Shown here: positions 38,232 to 51,926 of the stretch, one piece after another | Position numbering within the stretch: the first letter of the stretch is position 1 | Layout: each line of letters opens with the position of its first letter | Assembly (NCBI GenBank): GCA_041690355.1 | Contig: JAWLHK010000002.1 | Location: 283,082 to 347,081, forward strand | Source of the DNA: a bacterium | GTDB lineage: Bacteria; J088; JAWLBW01 | Reading direction: 5' to 3' | Length of the DNA: 64,000 nucleotides | Notes under the pieces: model-generated | Seen by the model: the letters and a program-made list of their open reading frames with translations, nothing else | What the model was told of the DNA's origin: nothing | Database searches by the model: none | Position numbers and translations under genes: made by a program

Positions 38232-40645
38232 ACCTTACGTCCTACCTCCTGCGCCAGACGCCTGTCGAGCCGACCCTTCTCGAGCAGATACTCGCGTTCA
38301 CGCAGGACAATCCCCAGGTCATCGCCGGCGCGGGCGTGCTGCTCGTGGTGCTTCTGGTGCTGCGCAAGTTCATCGGCTCCGATGCGGGCCCCAAACCGGG
38401 CAAGCTCCCCCGCAATCCGAAACAGGCCCGCCGGTGGGCCGAGCTGTCGATTCAGGCCAACAAGTTTCGCCAGGCGGGCGACTTCTACCTCATCGCCAAC
38501 GAATACGAAGCGGCTTACAACGCGTTTGCGCGCGCCGCCGCTTACGACGAGGCCGCCGAGGCGGCGCTTGCGCTCGGTGCCAAGGAAAAAGCGGCGATGA
38601 TGCTCGAAAAGGCGAAGAAGTATGTCGCCGCCGCGAAGCTGTATCAGCAGTCGGGACGCTACAACGACGCCGGCGAGGTCTTCGCGCGTGCCGGTAACGA
38701 TACCCTTGCCGCCGAAGCCTTCGAGGCGGCTGGCAACTGGGGCAAGGGGGCCCTGCACTTCGAGCGCGCCCGCAACCACGTCAAGGCGGCCGACCTCTAT
38801 GTGAAGGCGCGGGATTTCAAGAAGGCCGGCGCCCTGTACGAAGCTGCCTACCGCGAGGCGCGGCAGCAGTCGAAGGAGAACCCCGCGCGGACGCGCCAGG
38901 CCGGCGAGTTCGCGCTCAAGGCTGCGGGCTGCTTTGAGAAGATCAAGGAAGTGAAACCGGCCATCGCCGTTCTGAGCGACGCCGGCTTCTTCGAAAAGGC
39001 GGCCGGCCTGCTGCGCTCGACCAACGATCTCGAGGGGGCCGCCGACCTCTACGTCAAGGCCAACCTCCCGCTGCAGGCCGCCGATCTCTACGTGCAGATG
39101 GGCGACCCCGAGCGCGCCGCCCGCCTCAAGGGCGATGTCCTGCGTTCGGAGGGGAACGAGCTGGCCGCCGCCGATAATTACCGGCAGGCCGGTGAGTATC
39201 TGGAAGCGGCCGAAATCTTCCGCCGGCACAACCATTACGCCGAAGCCGCCTCGATGTATCTGCAGGTGGGCGATTACCTGCAGGCAGGCGAAATGTTCCT
39301 GCGCGCCAAGGACCCACGCAAGGCGGCCGAGGCCTGGGAGCGCGCGGGTGACTATCGCCGGGCCGCCGAGGTCTACCAGCGGCTCGGCGACGGCCGCAAG
39401 CAGAGCGAACTGCTCGAGCGCGCCGGCGAGTCGTTCGAAGCCGGGCTGAATTACTACCGTCTGAAGCTCCCCGACGAGGCCGTGCGGGTGCTTTCGTCGA
39501 TTCCCGGCGAGCATCCCTCGTTCCGCAAGGCCTGCAACCTGCTCGGCGACATCTATCGCGAAAAGGGAGACGCGGCGCAAGCCGTCAAGAAGTATCAGCA
39601 GGCGGTCGAGGGGCAGAAGGTCAGTCAGGCCAACCTGCATCCCTATTACAATCTGGCGCGCGTGCTCGAAGAGTCGGGCGACCCGCGCCTCGCCTTCGCC
39701 CTGTTTCGCAAGATTCAGCAGGAAGACAGCCAGTTTCAGGACGTGGCGGCGCGCGTCAACACGCTCAAGTCGCGCGTCGAAGAGGCCGATCGCAAAGAGC
39801 GCGAGAAGACGGCGCCCCCCGATACGAGCACGGCCACGCCCGTGGTCGCGCGCGCCAAGAAGCGTTATACGCTGTTGTCGGAGATCGGCCGCGGCGGCAT
39901 GGGAATCGTCTACAAGGCGCACGATCAGGTGCTCGACCGTGTCGTCGCCTTCAAGGTGCTCCCCTCCGATCTGCGCAACAATGACGTGGCGGTGAAGAAC
40001 TTCCTGCGCGAAGCCAAGGCCGCCGCCGGGCTGAACCACCCGAACATCGTCATCGTCTACGACGCCGGCGAAGAGGGTGACAACTATTATATCGCCATGG
40101 AGTACATCGAGGGGCGTACGCTGCGCGACATCGTCGTCGCCGACGGCAAGATTCCGCTGCCCGGGCTCATGGTCATCACGGCCCAGCTCTGCCGGGCCAT
40201 GGAGTACGCGCACGGCCGCAGCGTGGTTCATCGCGACATCAAGGGCTCGAACATCATGTGGACCGACGCCAAGCTCGTCAAGGTCATGGATTTCGGGCTC
40301 GCCAAGGTCATTCAGGAAGTCGTCAACTTTCAGACCGTGGTCGGCGGCACCCCGCACTACATGGCGCCCGAACAGATCCTGGGCGAAGAAATCGACCGCC
40401 GCGCCGACCTGTATTCGCTGGGGGTCACGCTCTACGAGTGCGCCACGGGCACCGTCCCGTTTCCCAAGGGCGACGTCGGCTACCATCACATCCACACCCC
40501 TGCACCCGACCCGCGCGAGTTCAACAAGGATGTACCCGAGGCCTATGCCAAGCTGCTTCTGAAGTGCCTCGTGAAGGATCCGGCGGCACGCTATCAGAGC
40601 GCCGCCGAAATCTACGAGGACCTCAAGGAAATTCGGGTGCGATAA
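38228..40645 (+). CDS. membrane-anchored Ser/Thr protein kinase with TPR-like helical repeat region
   Basis: 805 aa; N-terminal TM; about 450 aa of Ala-rich repeats; C-terminal kinase domain ([29 protein letters not shown]); GTG start. Confidence 0.85.
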   Translation: MNLTSYLLRQTPVEPTLLEQILAFTQDNPQVIAGAGVLLVVLLVLRKFIGSDAGPKPGKLPRNPKQARRWAELSIQANKFRQAGDFYLIANEYEAAYNAFARAAAYDEAAEAALALGAKEKAAMMLEKAKKYVAAAKLYQQSGRYNDAGEVFARAGNDTLAAEAFEAAGNWGKGALHFERARNHVKAADLYVKARDFKKAGALYEAAYREARQQSKENPARTRQAGEFALKAAGCFEKIKEVKPAIAVLSDAGFFEKAAGLLRSTNDLEGAADLYVKANLPLQAADLYVQMGDPERAARLKGDVLRSEGNELAAADNYRQAGEYLEAAEIFRRHNHYAEAASMYLQVGDYLQAGEMFLRAKDPRKAAEAWERAGDYRRAAEVYQRLGDGRKQSELLERAGESFEAGLNYYRLKLPDEAVRVLSSIPGEHPSFRKACNLLGDIYREKGDAAQAVKKYQQAVEGQKVSQANLHPYYNLARVLEESGDPRLAFALFRKIQQEDSQFQDVAARVNTLKSRVEEADRKEREKTAPPDTSTATPVVARAKKRYTLLSEIGRGGMGIVYKAHDQVLDRVVAFKVLPSDLRNNDVAVKNFLREAKAAAGLNHPNIVIVYDAGEEGDNYYIAMEYIEGRTLRDIVVADGKIPLPGLMVITAQLCRAMEYAHGRSVVHRDIKGSNIMWTDAKLVKVMDFGLAKVIQEVVNFQTVVGGTPHYMAPEQILGEEIDRRADLYSLGVTLYECATGTVPFPKGDVGYHHIHTPAPDPREFNKDVPEAYAKLLLKCLVKDPAARYQSAAEIYEDLKEIRVR

Positions 40646-43074
40646 TGGACACGCAGGCCGTGCTCGAGCACCTGCAGCGCTTACCGCCCTGGGCCTGGGG
40701 CGCGGCCCTGCTGGGACTGGTGGCGCTGGTCTTCGCCGTGCGCGTTCTGAAGCGCTACGGCCGGCTGCGCCGTTACCCCGGTCTTCAGCCGCGGTTTCGA
40801 TCGGCGGCCGGGGCGCGCGTGCTCGCCGCGGCCGAGGCCTCCGAAAAGCGCGGTGCGTTCGAAGAGGCGGGAGATCTGTTTCTCCAGCTAGAACTCCACG
40901 ACGGCGCGCGCCGCAACTATCATCGCGCCCAGACCGGGTTGAAGCTGGCCGGCTCTTATCTCGCCACCGGGCAGAAGCTCGAGGCCGCCACGTGGTTCGA
41001 ACGTGCGGGGCGAGTCGACGAGGCGCTCGAACTGTACCTCGAAGTGGGCCAGATCGCCCATGCGGCACGTGCGGCGCAGTCGGCCGGTGACTTTCTGCAG
41101 GCGGCCCAGCTCTTCGAGGGGGCGGGCGATTTCGCCGCCGCGGCTCCCCTTTACCGGCGCATTCAGGACATTCCCAAAGCGTTCGCCTGCTATGAGAAAG
41201 CCGGCGAGCAGGGGGCGGCGGCGGCGCTGGGCGTCGAACACGTCGGCCAGATGCTCGCCGGGCTCCGGCAGGGGAAAAAGGCGAGCGCCGCCGACGTGCG
41301 CGAACTCGAGTCGCTCGCCGAGCGCGCGGCGGCGATCCTGGCAGAGTCGGAGAAGGCGAGCGACTGGGAGCAGGGGCTGCAGCTCTATCTCTTCGCGAAG
41401 CGGTGGGCGAGCGCGGGGCACCTTTTCCGCAAACTCGGCAAGCTCGAAAAGGCCGTCGAGCAGTTTCTGCGCGCCGGCGACAAACGCAATGCCGCCGACG
41501 TGCTCGACGAACTCGGCCGCCCCCGCGAGAGCGCGAAGCTCAAAGGCGAAGACTTTCTCGCCCGCGACATGCTGCGCGAGGCGGCCGCGCAGTTCGAGAC
41601 CGCCGAACTCTGGGAGCAGGCCGCCGAAGCGCTCGTCAAACTGGGCGACAACCTGAAGGCCGCCCTTCTGTTTCGCCGCATGAACATGCCGCTGCGCACC
41701 GCAGAGCTGCTGGAAAAGGAAGGGCAGTACGGCGAGGCGGCCGCCGCCTACCGCGAGGCGGGCGACGACGAACGCGCCCTGCACTGCTACGAGCAGTTGA
41801 GCGACTGGGGCGCGTATACGGAACTGCTCGAAGCGAAGGAGCGGTGGTACGAGGCCGGCCTGAATTACCTCAAGCGGGGGCTGAGCGACAAGGCAATCAA
41901 GGCCCTGCAGCGGGTCGACGAGCACGATCCGCGCTACGGGGCCGCGGCCCTCGCGCTCGGCGACCTCTTCGCCGAGAAGGGCATGCATGGCCTCGCGAAA
42001 GAAAAGTACCTGGCCCTCATCGGTGACGAGCGCATCCAGCGCCGGAACATCGAGGCCTATTACAAGCTGGCGCTCGCCTACGAAGCCAATCAGGAGCTCA
42101 ACCAGGCGCTCCAGACGTTCGAGAAGATCCTCGGCCTCGACTTTCACTTCAAGGACGTCGGCCAGCGCATTCACGATCTGAAGGAACGCATCGCCCTGCG
42201 CACCCCGTTCATGACGCCGGCGCAGAGCGGGGGCCAGCCGGTCGATCCCTTCGCCGCCACGCTCATGCAGCCGGCCCAGGCGGCCAAACGCCGGTATGAA
42301 ATCGTCTCTGAACTCGGCCGCGGCGGGATGGGTGTCGTCTACAAGGCGCGCGATACGGTACTCGACCGGGTCGTGGCCCTCAAGGTGCTCCCCCCCATGT
42401 TCCGCCAGAACGAGCTGGCCCTGCGCAACTTCTTTCGCGAAGCCAAGAGCGCGGCGGCACTTCAGCACCCCAATATCGTCACCGTCTACGATACGGGTGA
42501 AGAAGCGGGCAGTCCCTATATTACAATGGAATTCGTAGAGGGGCGCGATCTCAAGCAGATCGTGTCGGAGTCGGGGGCGTTTGCGCTGGGGCCGCTTCTG
42601 CTGGTGTTCGGGCAGATGTGCCAGGCGCTCACCTATGCGCACGAGCGATCCATCGTGCACCGGGATATCAAACCGAGCAACGTGCTGTGGACCAAGGACA
42701 AGCAGGTCAAGGTAACCGACTTCGGCCTCGCCCGCGCCCTGAACCAGGGTGCGAACACCATGACCACGACCGGCGGCACCCCCTACTACATGAGCCCCGA
42801 GCAGACGCTGGGCAAGAACCTCGATCACCGCACCGACATCTACTCGCTGGGGGTCATGATGTTCGAGCTGGCGACGGCGCGCCTGCCGTTCGAGGAGGGG
42901 GACATCGGGTACCACCACGTTCACTCCGAGGCGCCGAACCCGTCGGTGCACCGCAACGACCTGCCCCCGGCCATGAGCCGTATCATCCTGCGCTGCCTGG
43001 CCAAGAAGGCCGACGAGCGCTATGCGACGGCCGCCGACGTTTTTCGCGAGCTGCGCGAGTCCTTCGGCAGCTGA
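40645..43074 (+). CDS. membrane-anchored Ser/Thr protein kinase with TPR-like helical repeat region (paralog)
   Basis: 809 aa from MDTQAVL; same architecture (LGRGGMGVVYKA, HRDIKPSN, DFGLARA); ATG overlaps the upstream stop. Confidence 0.85.
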   Translation: MDTQAVLEHLQRLPPWAWGAALLGLVALVFAVRVLKRYGRLRRYPGLQPRFRSAAGARVLAAAEASEKRGAFEEAGDLFLQLELHDGARRNYHRAQTGLKLAGSYLATGQKLEAATWFERAGRVDEALELYLEVGQIAHAARAAQSAGDFLQAAQLFEGAGDFAAAAPLYRRIQDIPKAFACYEKAGEQGAAAALGVEHVGQMLAGLRQGKKASAADVRELESLAERAAAILAESEKASDWEQGLQLYLFAKRWASAGHLFRKLGKLEKAVEQFLRAGDKRNAADVLDELGRPRESAKLKGEDFLARDMLREAAAQFETAELWEQAAEALVKLGDNLKAALLFRRMNMPLRTAELLEKEGQYGEAAAAYREAGDDERALHCYEQLSDWGAYTELLEAKERWYEAGLNYLKRGLSDKAIKALQRVDEHDPRYGAAALALGDLFAEKGMHGLAKEKYLALIGDERIQRRNIEAYYKLALAYEANQELNQALQTFEKILGLDFHFKDVGQRIHDLKERIALRTPFMTPAQSGGQPVDPFAATLMQPAQAAKRRYEIVSELGRGGMGVVYKARDTVLDRVVALKVLPPMFRQNELALRNFFREAKSAAALQHPNIVTVYDTGEEAGSPYITMEFVEGRDLKQIVSESGAFALGPLLLVFGQMCQALTYAHERSIVHRDIKPSNVLWTKDKQVKVTDFGLARALNQGANTMTTTGGTPYYMSPEQTLGKNLDHRTDIYSLGVMMFELATARLPFEEGDIGYHHVHSEAPNPSVHRNDLPPAMSRIILRCLAKKADERYATAADVFRELRESFGS

Positions 43075-43937
43075 TCTTCGCGCCGCTCGCTCTGGCCGGC
43101 CTGCTGCTGCCCGCCCCGGCGTCGGCGACCCAGACCCTGCTCTTCGAGCGTGCCGAGACGCCCGCCGCGGGCACGTTGACGCTCGGGCTGGGGGCCGACT
43201 GGCGGATGCGCGACTACCAGGCGCTCGACCCTGAGGCCGAACGGGGCAGCCCCGCCTCCGATTTCGAGCAGAAATACACGCTCGGCCGGCTCACCGCCGG
43301 ATACGCGGCCGGCGACCGGGTCGAACTGCGGGCCTGGGGCACGGGCATGAACGTCTTTCGCCCGGGCGCGGGGAGCGTGCGCAACCTGCGCGAGTACCGG
43401 ACGGTCGACGATCTGGTGACCGGCTTCAAGTGGCGCTTCTGGCCGTGGAACACGATTGCGGGCGCCCCGCTTCTCGCCGCCCTGCGCTTCGACACGAAGT
43501 TCCCGAACACGAACGAGCGCTATTTCGCGGGAACGAACAACATCGACCTGGCCTTCGGCGCCCTGGCCGATCTGACCCTCACCCGCGACGTGACGCTGCA
43601 CCTGCAGGCCGGCCTCAACATCGTCGGCGACCCCCGCCGGGCCAACCACCAGGACGACTGGGCCGAATATCGGATTGCCCTCGGCCCGTCGGCCGCGCAC
43701 CGCCGTGCCCGCCGCTGGGGGCTTGCTGGGGGCCTGCAGGGCTACCGCGGCTACTATGACCGCCATGACGACAAGGGGCGCATCTTTCTGCAGACGAGCT
43801 GGCGCCCCGGCGAGCGCTGGGAGGTGCTCGGCGCCCTGACCCGGCAGGTCTACGGCGACCGGGCCGAACCGTTCGAGGTCTTTCACTTCACGGAACAGGC
43901 GGGGGTCGCCGTCGATGTCCTCTGGCGTCTGCCCTAG
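43071..43937 (+). CDS. secreted / outer-membrane-like hypothetical protein, start codon uncertain
   Basis: Signal-peptide-like LIFAPLALAGLLLPAPASA begins right after the kinase stop, but no in-frame ATG/GTG/TTG precedes it; coordinates assume CTG at 43071. Confidence 0.4.
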   Translation: MIFAPLALAGLLLPAPASATQTLLFERAETPAAGTLTLGLGADWRMRDYQALDPEAERGSPASDFEQKYTLGRLTAGYAAGDRVELRAWGTGMNVFRPGAGSVRNLREYRTVDDLVTGFKWRFWPWNTIAGAPLLAALRFDTKFPNTNERYFAGTNNIDLAFGALADLTLTRDVTLHLQAGLNIVGDPRRANHQDDWAEYRIALGPSAAHRRARRWGLAGGLQGYRGYYDRHDDKGRIFLQTSWRPGERWEVLGALTRQVYGDRAEPFEVFHFTEQAGVAVDVLWRLP

Positions 43938-43990
43938 CAGGGTCTTGAAATATTTGAGCGAGCGCGAAATATCGATTCCTGCGCTCGGGT

Positions 43991-44019
43991 TTGCGGAGCC
44001 CGGCTTCCCATGGTAGAAT
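43991..44019 (+). promoter_or_regulatory. putative promoter of the rimP-nusA-infB operon (TTGCGG-17-TGgTAGAAT)
   Basis: ttgcgg at 43991-43996, TG at 44011-44012, tagaat at 44014-44019; shares catggtagaat with the typA upstream region. Confidence 0.4.
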
Positions 44020-44047
44020 CATCTACTAACTTGGGTATTTCTACCGA

Positions 44048-44076
44048 GTGGATTTCCGTCAGGTATCCACTTTTTT
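44048..44076 (+). promoter_or_regulatory. leader hairpin with T-run (possible attenuator) upstream of rimP
   Basis: gtggat / atccac stem with 11-nt loop followed by tttttt, inside the 5' leader. Confidence 0.35.
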
Positions 44077-44100
44077 CGTTTATGAGAGGGAGAGTTCGGG

Positions 44101-44604
44101 GTGGAGCCGCGGTCCAAAGCCGACGACCAGCTGCGCGAGTCGATTGAAAACCGGGTCCGCGAGGTCGCAGACCTGCGACTGGCCCGGATCGGACTCGATC
44201 TGGTCGACGCCGAGTACAAGCGGGAACCCGGCGGCGTCGTCCTGCGGCTCTACATCGACAAGGAGGGCGGGGTCAGCCTCGACGATTGTCAGTCGGCCAG
44301 CCGCACGCTCGAACCGGTGTTTGAAACCGAGGGGGTAGACGACCTGATTCCGGGGCCGTACAACCTCGAGGTTTCGAGCCCGGGACTTTTCCGCCAGCTG
44401 AAGCGGCCGCGCGATTTTGAACGCGCCGTCGGCCGGCGGATCAAGATTCGGACCCATCGCGCCCTCGAGGGGCAGAAGGTCTTTGTAGGCATCCTCGACC
44501 GGCTGGGCGAGGATCATCTGTTTCTGCGCACCGGTGACGCCGTCTTCGAAATCGAGATGGACAACATCGGCAAAGCGAATCTGGAACCGGAATTGCATTT
44601 CTGA
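44101..44604 (+). CDS. rimP: ribosome maturation factor RimP
   Basis: 167 aa, GTG start; RimP-like sequence immediately upstream of nusA. Confidence 0.85.
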   Translation: MEPRSKADDQLRESIENRVREVADLRLARIGLDLVDAEYKREPGGVVLRLYIDKEGGVSLDDCQSASRTLEPVFETEGVDDLIPGPYNLEVSSPGLFRQLKRPRDFERAVGRRIKIRTHRALEGQKVFVGILDRLGEDHLFLRTGDAVFEIEMDNIGKANLEPELHF

Positions 44605-44647
44605 CGAGCCGGCGCCCGGCCATACGGGTGTCGCACAGGAGGATACG

Positions 44648-46180
<1,533 letters not shown>

Positions 46181-46286
46181 GGATGACCGATCCGGCGCCC
46201 GGGGTTCGCGTCAACCTCGAACCCGGCGCTCCTGCCGTGCTCTGTGCGTCGCGATGACGTAAGATAGACAGGTTGAGGAAATATTG

Positions 46287-48947
<2,661 letters not shown>

Positions 48948-48975
48948 TCGCGCGGCCCGGCCCCGCTCGCGCCCG

Positions 48976-49272
48976 ATGTACGTCGGCGTCCTGACCCTGC
49001 GGCTGTACCTTCACGGGGTGCGCGACCTCAAGGCCAAGCGGCGCATCGTTCAGTCGGTTCGTGAGCGTGTCCGATCGCGCTTCAACTGCGCCGTTGCCGA
49101 AGTCGACGATCTCGACCGCTGGCAATCGGCCGTCCTCGGTGTGAGCGTCGTCAGCAACGACGGCGCCCACGCCGATTCTTCGCTGCAGCATATCGCAGAC
49201 TTCGTCGACGGCCTCGGGCTCGCCGAAGTTCTCGACCGATCCGTAGAGATCCTCGTCGTCCGGGAGGAGTAA
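48976..49272 (+). CDS. DUF503 (YlxP-like) protein
   Basis: 98 aa; the small conserved gene usually found between infB and rbfA. Confidence 0.7.
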   Translation: MYVGVLTLRLYLHGVRDLKAKRRIVQSVRERVRSRFNCAVAEVDDLDRWQSAVLGVSVVSNDGAHADSSLQHIADFVDGLGLAEVLDRSVEILVVREE

Positions 49273-49631
49273 TGGCCAGAGAATTCAAACGCAGCGATCG
49301 GGTGGGCGAACAGATTCAGCGGATCCTCGGGGAGCTGCTGCTGTACGAAGTGAAGGACCCGCGCCTCACCGGCGTCACGCTGACAGGGGTCAAGGTCACC
49401 GACGATCTCTACCATGCGACGGTCTACTTTTTCGTCCACGGCGGCGAGAAGGAGCGCGACGAAGCCCTGGCCGGATTTCGCTCGGCGGCCGGCTATTTCC
49501 GCAGCGTCATCCGCAAGCAGACCGATCTGCGCACCACCCCCGAACTCCACTTCTCCTGGGACCGCTCGCTCGACGAGGGGGAGAAGATGGACCGCATTTT
49601 CCGCGAGCTGCAGGATCGTGGCGGCGAGTGA
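49272..49631 (+). CDS. rbfA: ribosome-binding factor A
   Basis: 119 aa with RbfA-like KH fold sequence. Confidence 0.9.
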   Translation: MAREFKRSDRVGEQIQRILGELLLYEVKDPRLTGVTLTGVKVTDDLYHATVYFFVHGGEKERDEALAGFRSAAGYFRSVIRKQTDLRTTPELHFSWDRSLDEGEKMDRIFRELQDRGGE

Positions 49632-50613
49632 GCTCGAGCGGGCCGCCGCTGCCCTGCGCGCGGCCGAAACCGTGCTCGTGACCGCCCATGCCCAGCCCGA
49701 GGGTGATGCACTCGGATCCAGCCTCGCGCTCGCTCTCCTGCTCGAACGCATGGGCAAGCGCGTACAGCTTTTCAATGCCGATCCGGTTCCGCGCAACTTG
49801 CGCTTTCTCCCGCAAATCGCGCGCCTGCTGACCCACGCGCTCCCCTCGGGCCCGGTCGATGCCGTCGTGCTCTGCGACGTCGCCGAGCCCGAACGCGTGT
49901 CCGAGGGCCTCGAGTCGCTACCTGCGCGAATCCGCATCGTCTTCGACCACCACCTGACCACCCGCGCCTTCGGCGATATCCTCGTGCGCGATGCCGATGC
50001 CCCGGCCACCTGTGAACTCATCCTGCAGCTGGCCGACGCCCTCGCGGTTCCCCTCGACGCCGAGCTGGCGACCTGTCTTTATGCGGGAATCGCCGTGGAT
50101 ACCGGAAATTTCCGCTTCTCGAATGCCGGGACGCGCGCCTTTGCCGCCGCCGCCCGGCTCGTCGCGGCCGGGGCTGATGCGCCCGCCATCGCCCACGAGC
50201 TGTTCGAAGAGCTTCCGCTCAGCCGCCTGCGCCTGCTGGCATGCGCGCTCGGGTCGCTCGAACTCGATCTCGAGGGGCGCGTCGCTTCGCTGACGGTCGA
50301 CGCCGCCATGCTCGAGGCCTGCGCCGCCGGGACGGAAGATCTGGACGGGCTCGTCAACTATCCGCGCGCGCTCGCCGGTTGCGCCGTCGCGTTGCTGCTC
50401 TATCCGAGGTCTTCGGGTGAGACCCGCATCAGCCTGCGCACGAGCGTGAACGCAGTCGATGTGGAATCGGTGGCGCGCGTCTTCGGGGGCGGCGGCCACC
50501 AGCACGCGGCGGGGTGTACGATTGCCGCGCCGGCGCCGGAAGCGCGCCGCAGGGTCGTCGCCGAAATCGAACGCATGCTCGCGCGCGTTCTGCCGTCTGC
50601 GGAGCAGGCCTGA
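49618..50613 (+). CDS. nrnA: DHH-family oligoribonuclease / pAp phosphatase NrnA-like
   Basis: DHH motif (IVFDHH) and GGGH motif; GTG start proposed at 49618, overlapping rbfA. Confidence 0.8.
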   Translation: MAASELERAAAALRAAETVLVTAHAQPEGDALGSSLALALLLERMGKRVQLFNADPVPRNLRFLPQIARLLTHALPSGPVDAVVLCDVAEPERVSEGLESLPARIRIVFDHHLTTRAFGDILVRDADAPATCELILQLADALAVPLDAELATCLYAGIAVDTGNFRFSNAGTRAFAAAARLVAAGADAPAIAHELFEELPLSRLRLLACALGSLELDLEGRVASLTVDAAMLEACAAGTEDLDGLVNYPRALAGCAVALLLYPRSSGETRISLRTSVNAVDVESVARVFGGGGHQHAAGCTIAAPAPEARRRVVAEIERMLARVLPSAEQA

Positions 50614-51539
50614 TGAACGGCGTGCTCCTGGTCGACAAGCCGGCCGGGCTGACGTCGCGCCAGGTCGACGACCGGGTGAAGCGCGGCCTGGGCCGCGGCG
50701 CCCGTGTCGGTCACGCCGGCACGCTCGATCCTTTCGCCACGGGGCTGCTGCCCGTGCTCATCGGCGAGGCGACCAAGCTGAGCCCGTGGCTCACCGGGTG
50801 CGAAAAGGCCTATGAAGCGGAACTCGTGCTCGGGCGCGCGACCGACACGGCCGACCGAGAGGGGGCGGTCGTGGCCGAGGCCGCCATCGGTGCGCTCGAT
50901 CCCGCGCGCATCCGGGCGGCGATGGACGCACTTACGGGCACCTTTCCCCAGCGCGTCCCCGCCTACTCGGCCGTCAAGCAGGGGGGCGAGGCGCTTCATG
51001 CGAAGGCCCGCCGCGGCGAGGCCGTCGACGCGCCCGTGCGCGACGTGACCGTCTACGCCTGGGATCTGCTCGGGACGACCCCGACGTCCATCCGCTTCTC
51101 GGTGCGCTGCGCGGCGGGCACGTTCGTGCGCGCGCTGGGCGAACAGCTGGCCGAGCGGCTGGGGACGATCGGATACCTGGAGACCCTGCGGCGCACGGCC
51201 GCCGGCCGGTTCTCGGTTGCCGACGCGCGCCCCCTCGACGAGGCTCTCGCGCGCATGTCGCTGCTGCCGCTCGAAGCGGCCCTGGATCTTCCCGTCGTTC
51301 ACCTCGACGCCCGCACGGCCTGGCAGATGGCCAACGGCCAGCGCGTTTCTGCCCCCGACGGCCCCGCGCGGGCGCAGGCGTGGACTCCCGAAGGGCGGCT
51401 CCTGGCCGTCGTCGAGCGCCGCGAGACGGCCGAGGATACCCCCCCGGTCTGGCGGGTCGTGCGCGGCTTTCGTCTCGGCAGCCCCCAGCGGCCAGAAAGG
51501 CCCGGCGCCCCGGGGGAGGCGGCGGCCAAAGCCCCTTGA
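50613..51539 (+). CDS. truB: tRNA pseudouridine(55) synthase TruB
   Basis: GVLLVDKPAGLTS and catalytic HAGTLDP motifs. Confidence 0.9.
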   Translation: MNGVLLVDKPAGLTSRQVDDRVKRGLGRGARVGHAGTLDPFATGLLPVLIGEATKLSPWLTGCEKAYEAELVLGRATDTADREGAVVAEAAIGALDPARIRAAMDALTGTFPQRVPAYSAVKQGGEALHAKARRGEAVDAPVRDVTVYAWDLLGTTPTSIRFSVRCAAGTFVRALGEQLAERLGTIGYLETLRRTAAGRFSVADARPLDEALARMSLLPLEAALDLPVVHLDARTAWQMANGQRVSAPDGPARAQAWTPEGRLLAVVERRETAEDTPPVWRVVRGFRLGSPQRPERPGAPGEAAAKAP

Positions 51540-51556
51540 CGGGGATTTGCGATTCC

Positions 51557-51585
51557 TTTACAGGGACGCGCCCGGGTGGTAGACT
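51557..51585 (+). promoter_or_regulatory. putative sigma70 promoter of rpsO (TTTACA-17-TAGACT)
   Basis: tttaca at 51557-51562, 17-bp spacer, tagact at 51580-51585; aaggaaaggag RBS before ATG 51634. Confidence 0.4.
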
Positions 51586-51633
51586 ATCGGATTACCTCTA
51601 TTTAGAGAAGACAAGGAAAGGAGTGCGCGAGCC

Positions 51634-51903
51634 ATGCCGCTTGCCGTCGAAAAAAAGGGCGAAATCATCACCTCGCATCGTAAGCACGAAAACGATACGG
51701 GCAGCCCCGAAGTCCAGATTGCGCTGTTGACTGAACGTATCACGTACCTCACCGAGCATTTCAAGACCCACAAGAAGGATCACCATTCCCGCCGGGGTCT
51801 GCTCAAGCTCGTCGGCCGTCGCCGCAAGTTGCTCGACTACTTGCGCCGCAACGACATCGAGCGCTACCGGTCCATCATCGAAAAGCTCGGAATCCGCAAG
51901 TAA
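51634..51903 (+). CDS. rpsO: 30S ribosomal protein S15
   Basis: 89 aa with characteristic S15 sequence. Confidence 0.95.
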   Translation: MPLAVEKKGEIITSHRKHENDTGSPEVQIALLTERITYLTEHFKTHKKDHHSRRGLLKLVGRRRKLLDYLRRNDIERYRSIIEKLGIRK

Positions 51904-51926
51904 TCTGCGGATGGGAATGAGGTTCC

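Noticed and set aside
40258-43074. 938-aa ORF extending the second kinase upstream
   Set aside because: The upstream part overlaps the first kinase; MDTQAVL at 40645 is followed by the same TM and repeat layout as the paralog and overlaps the upstream stop.
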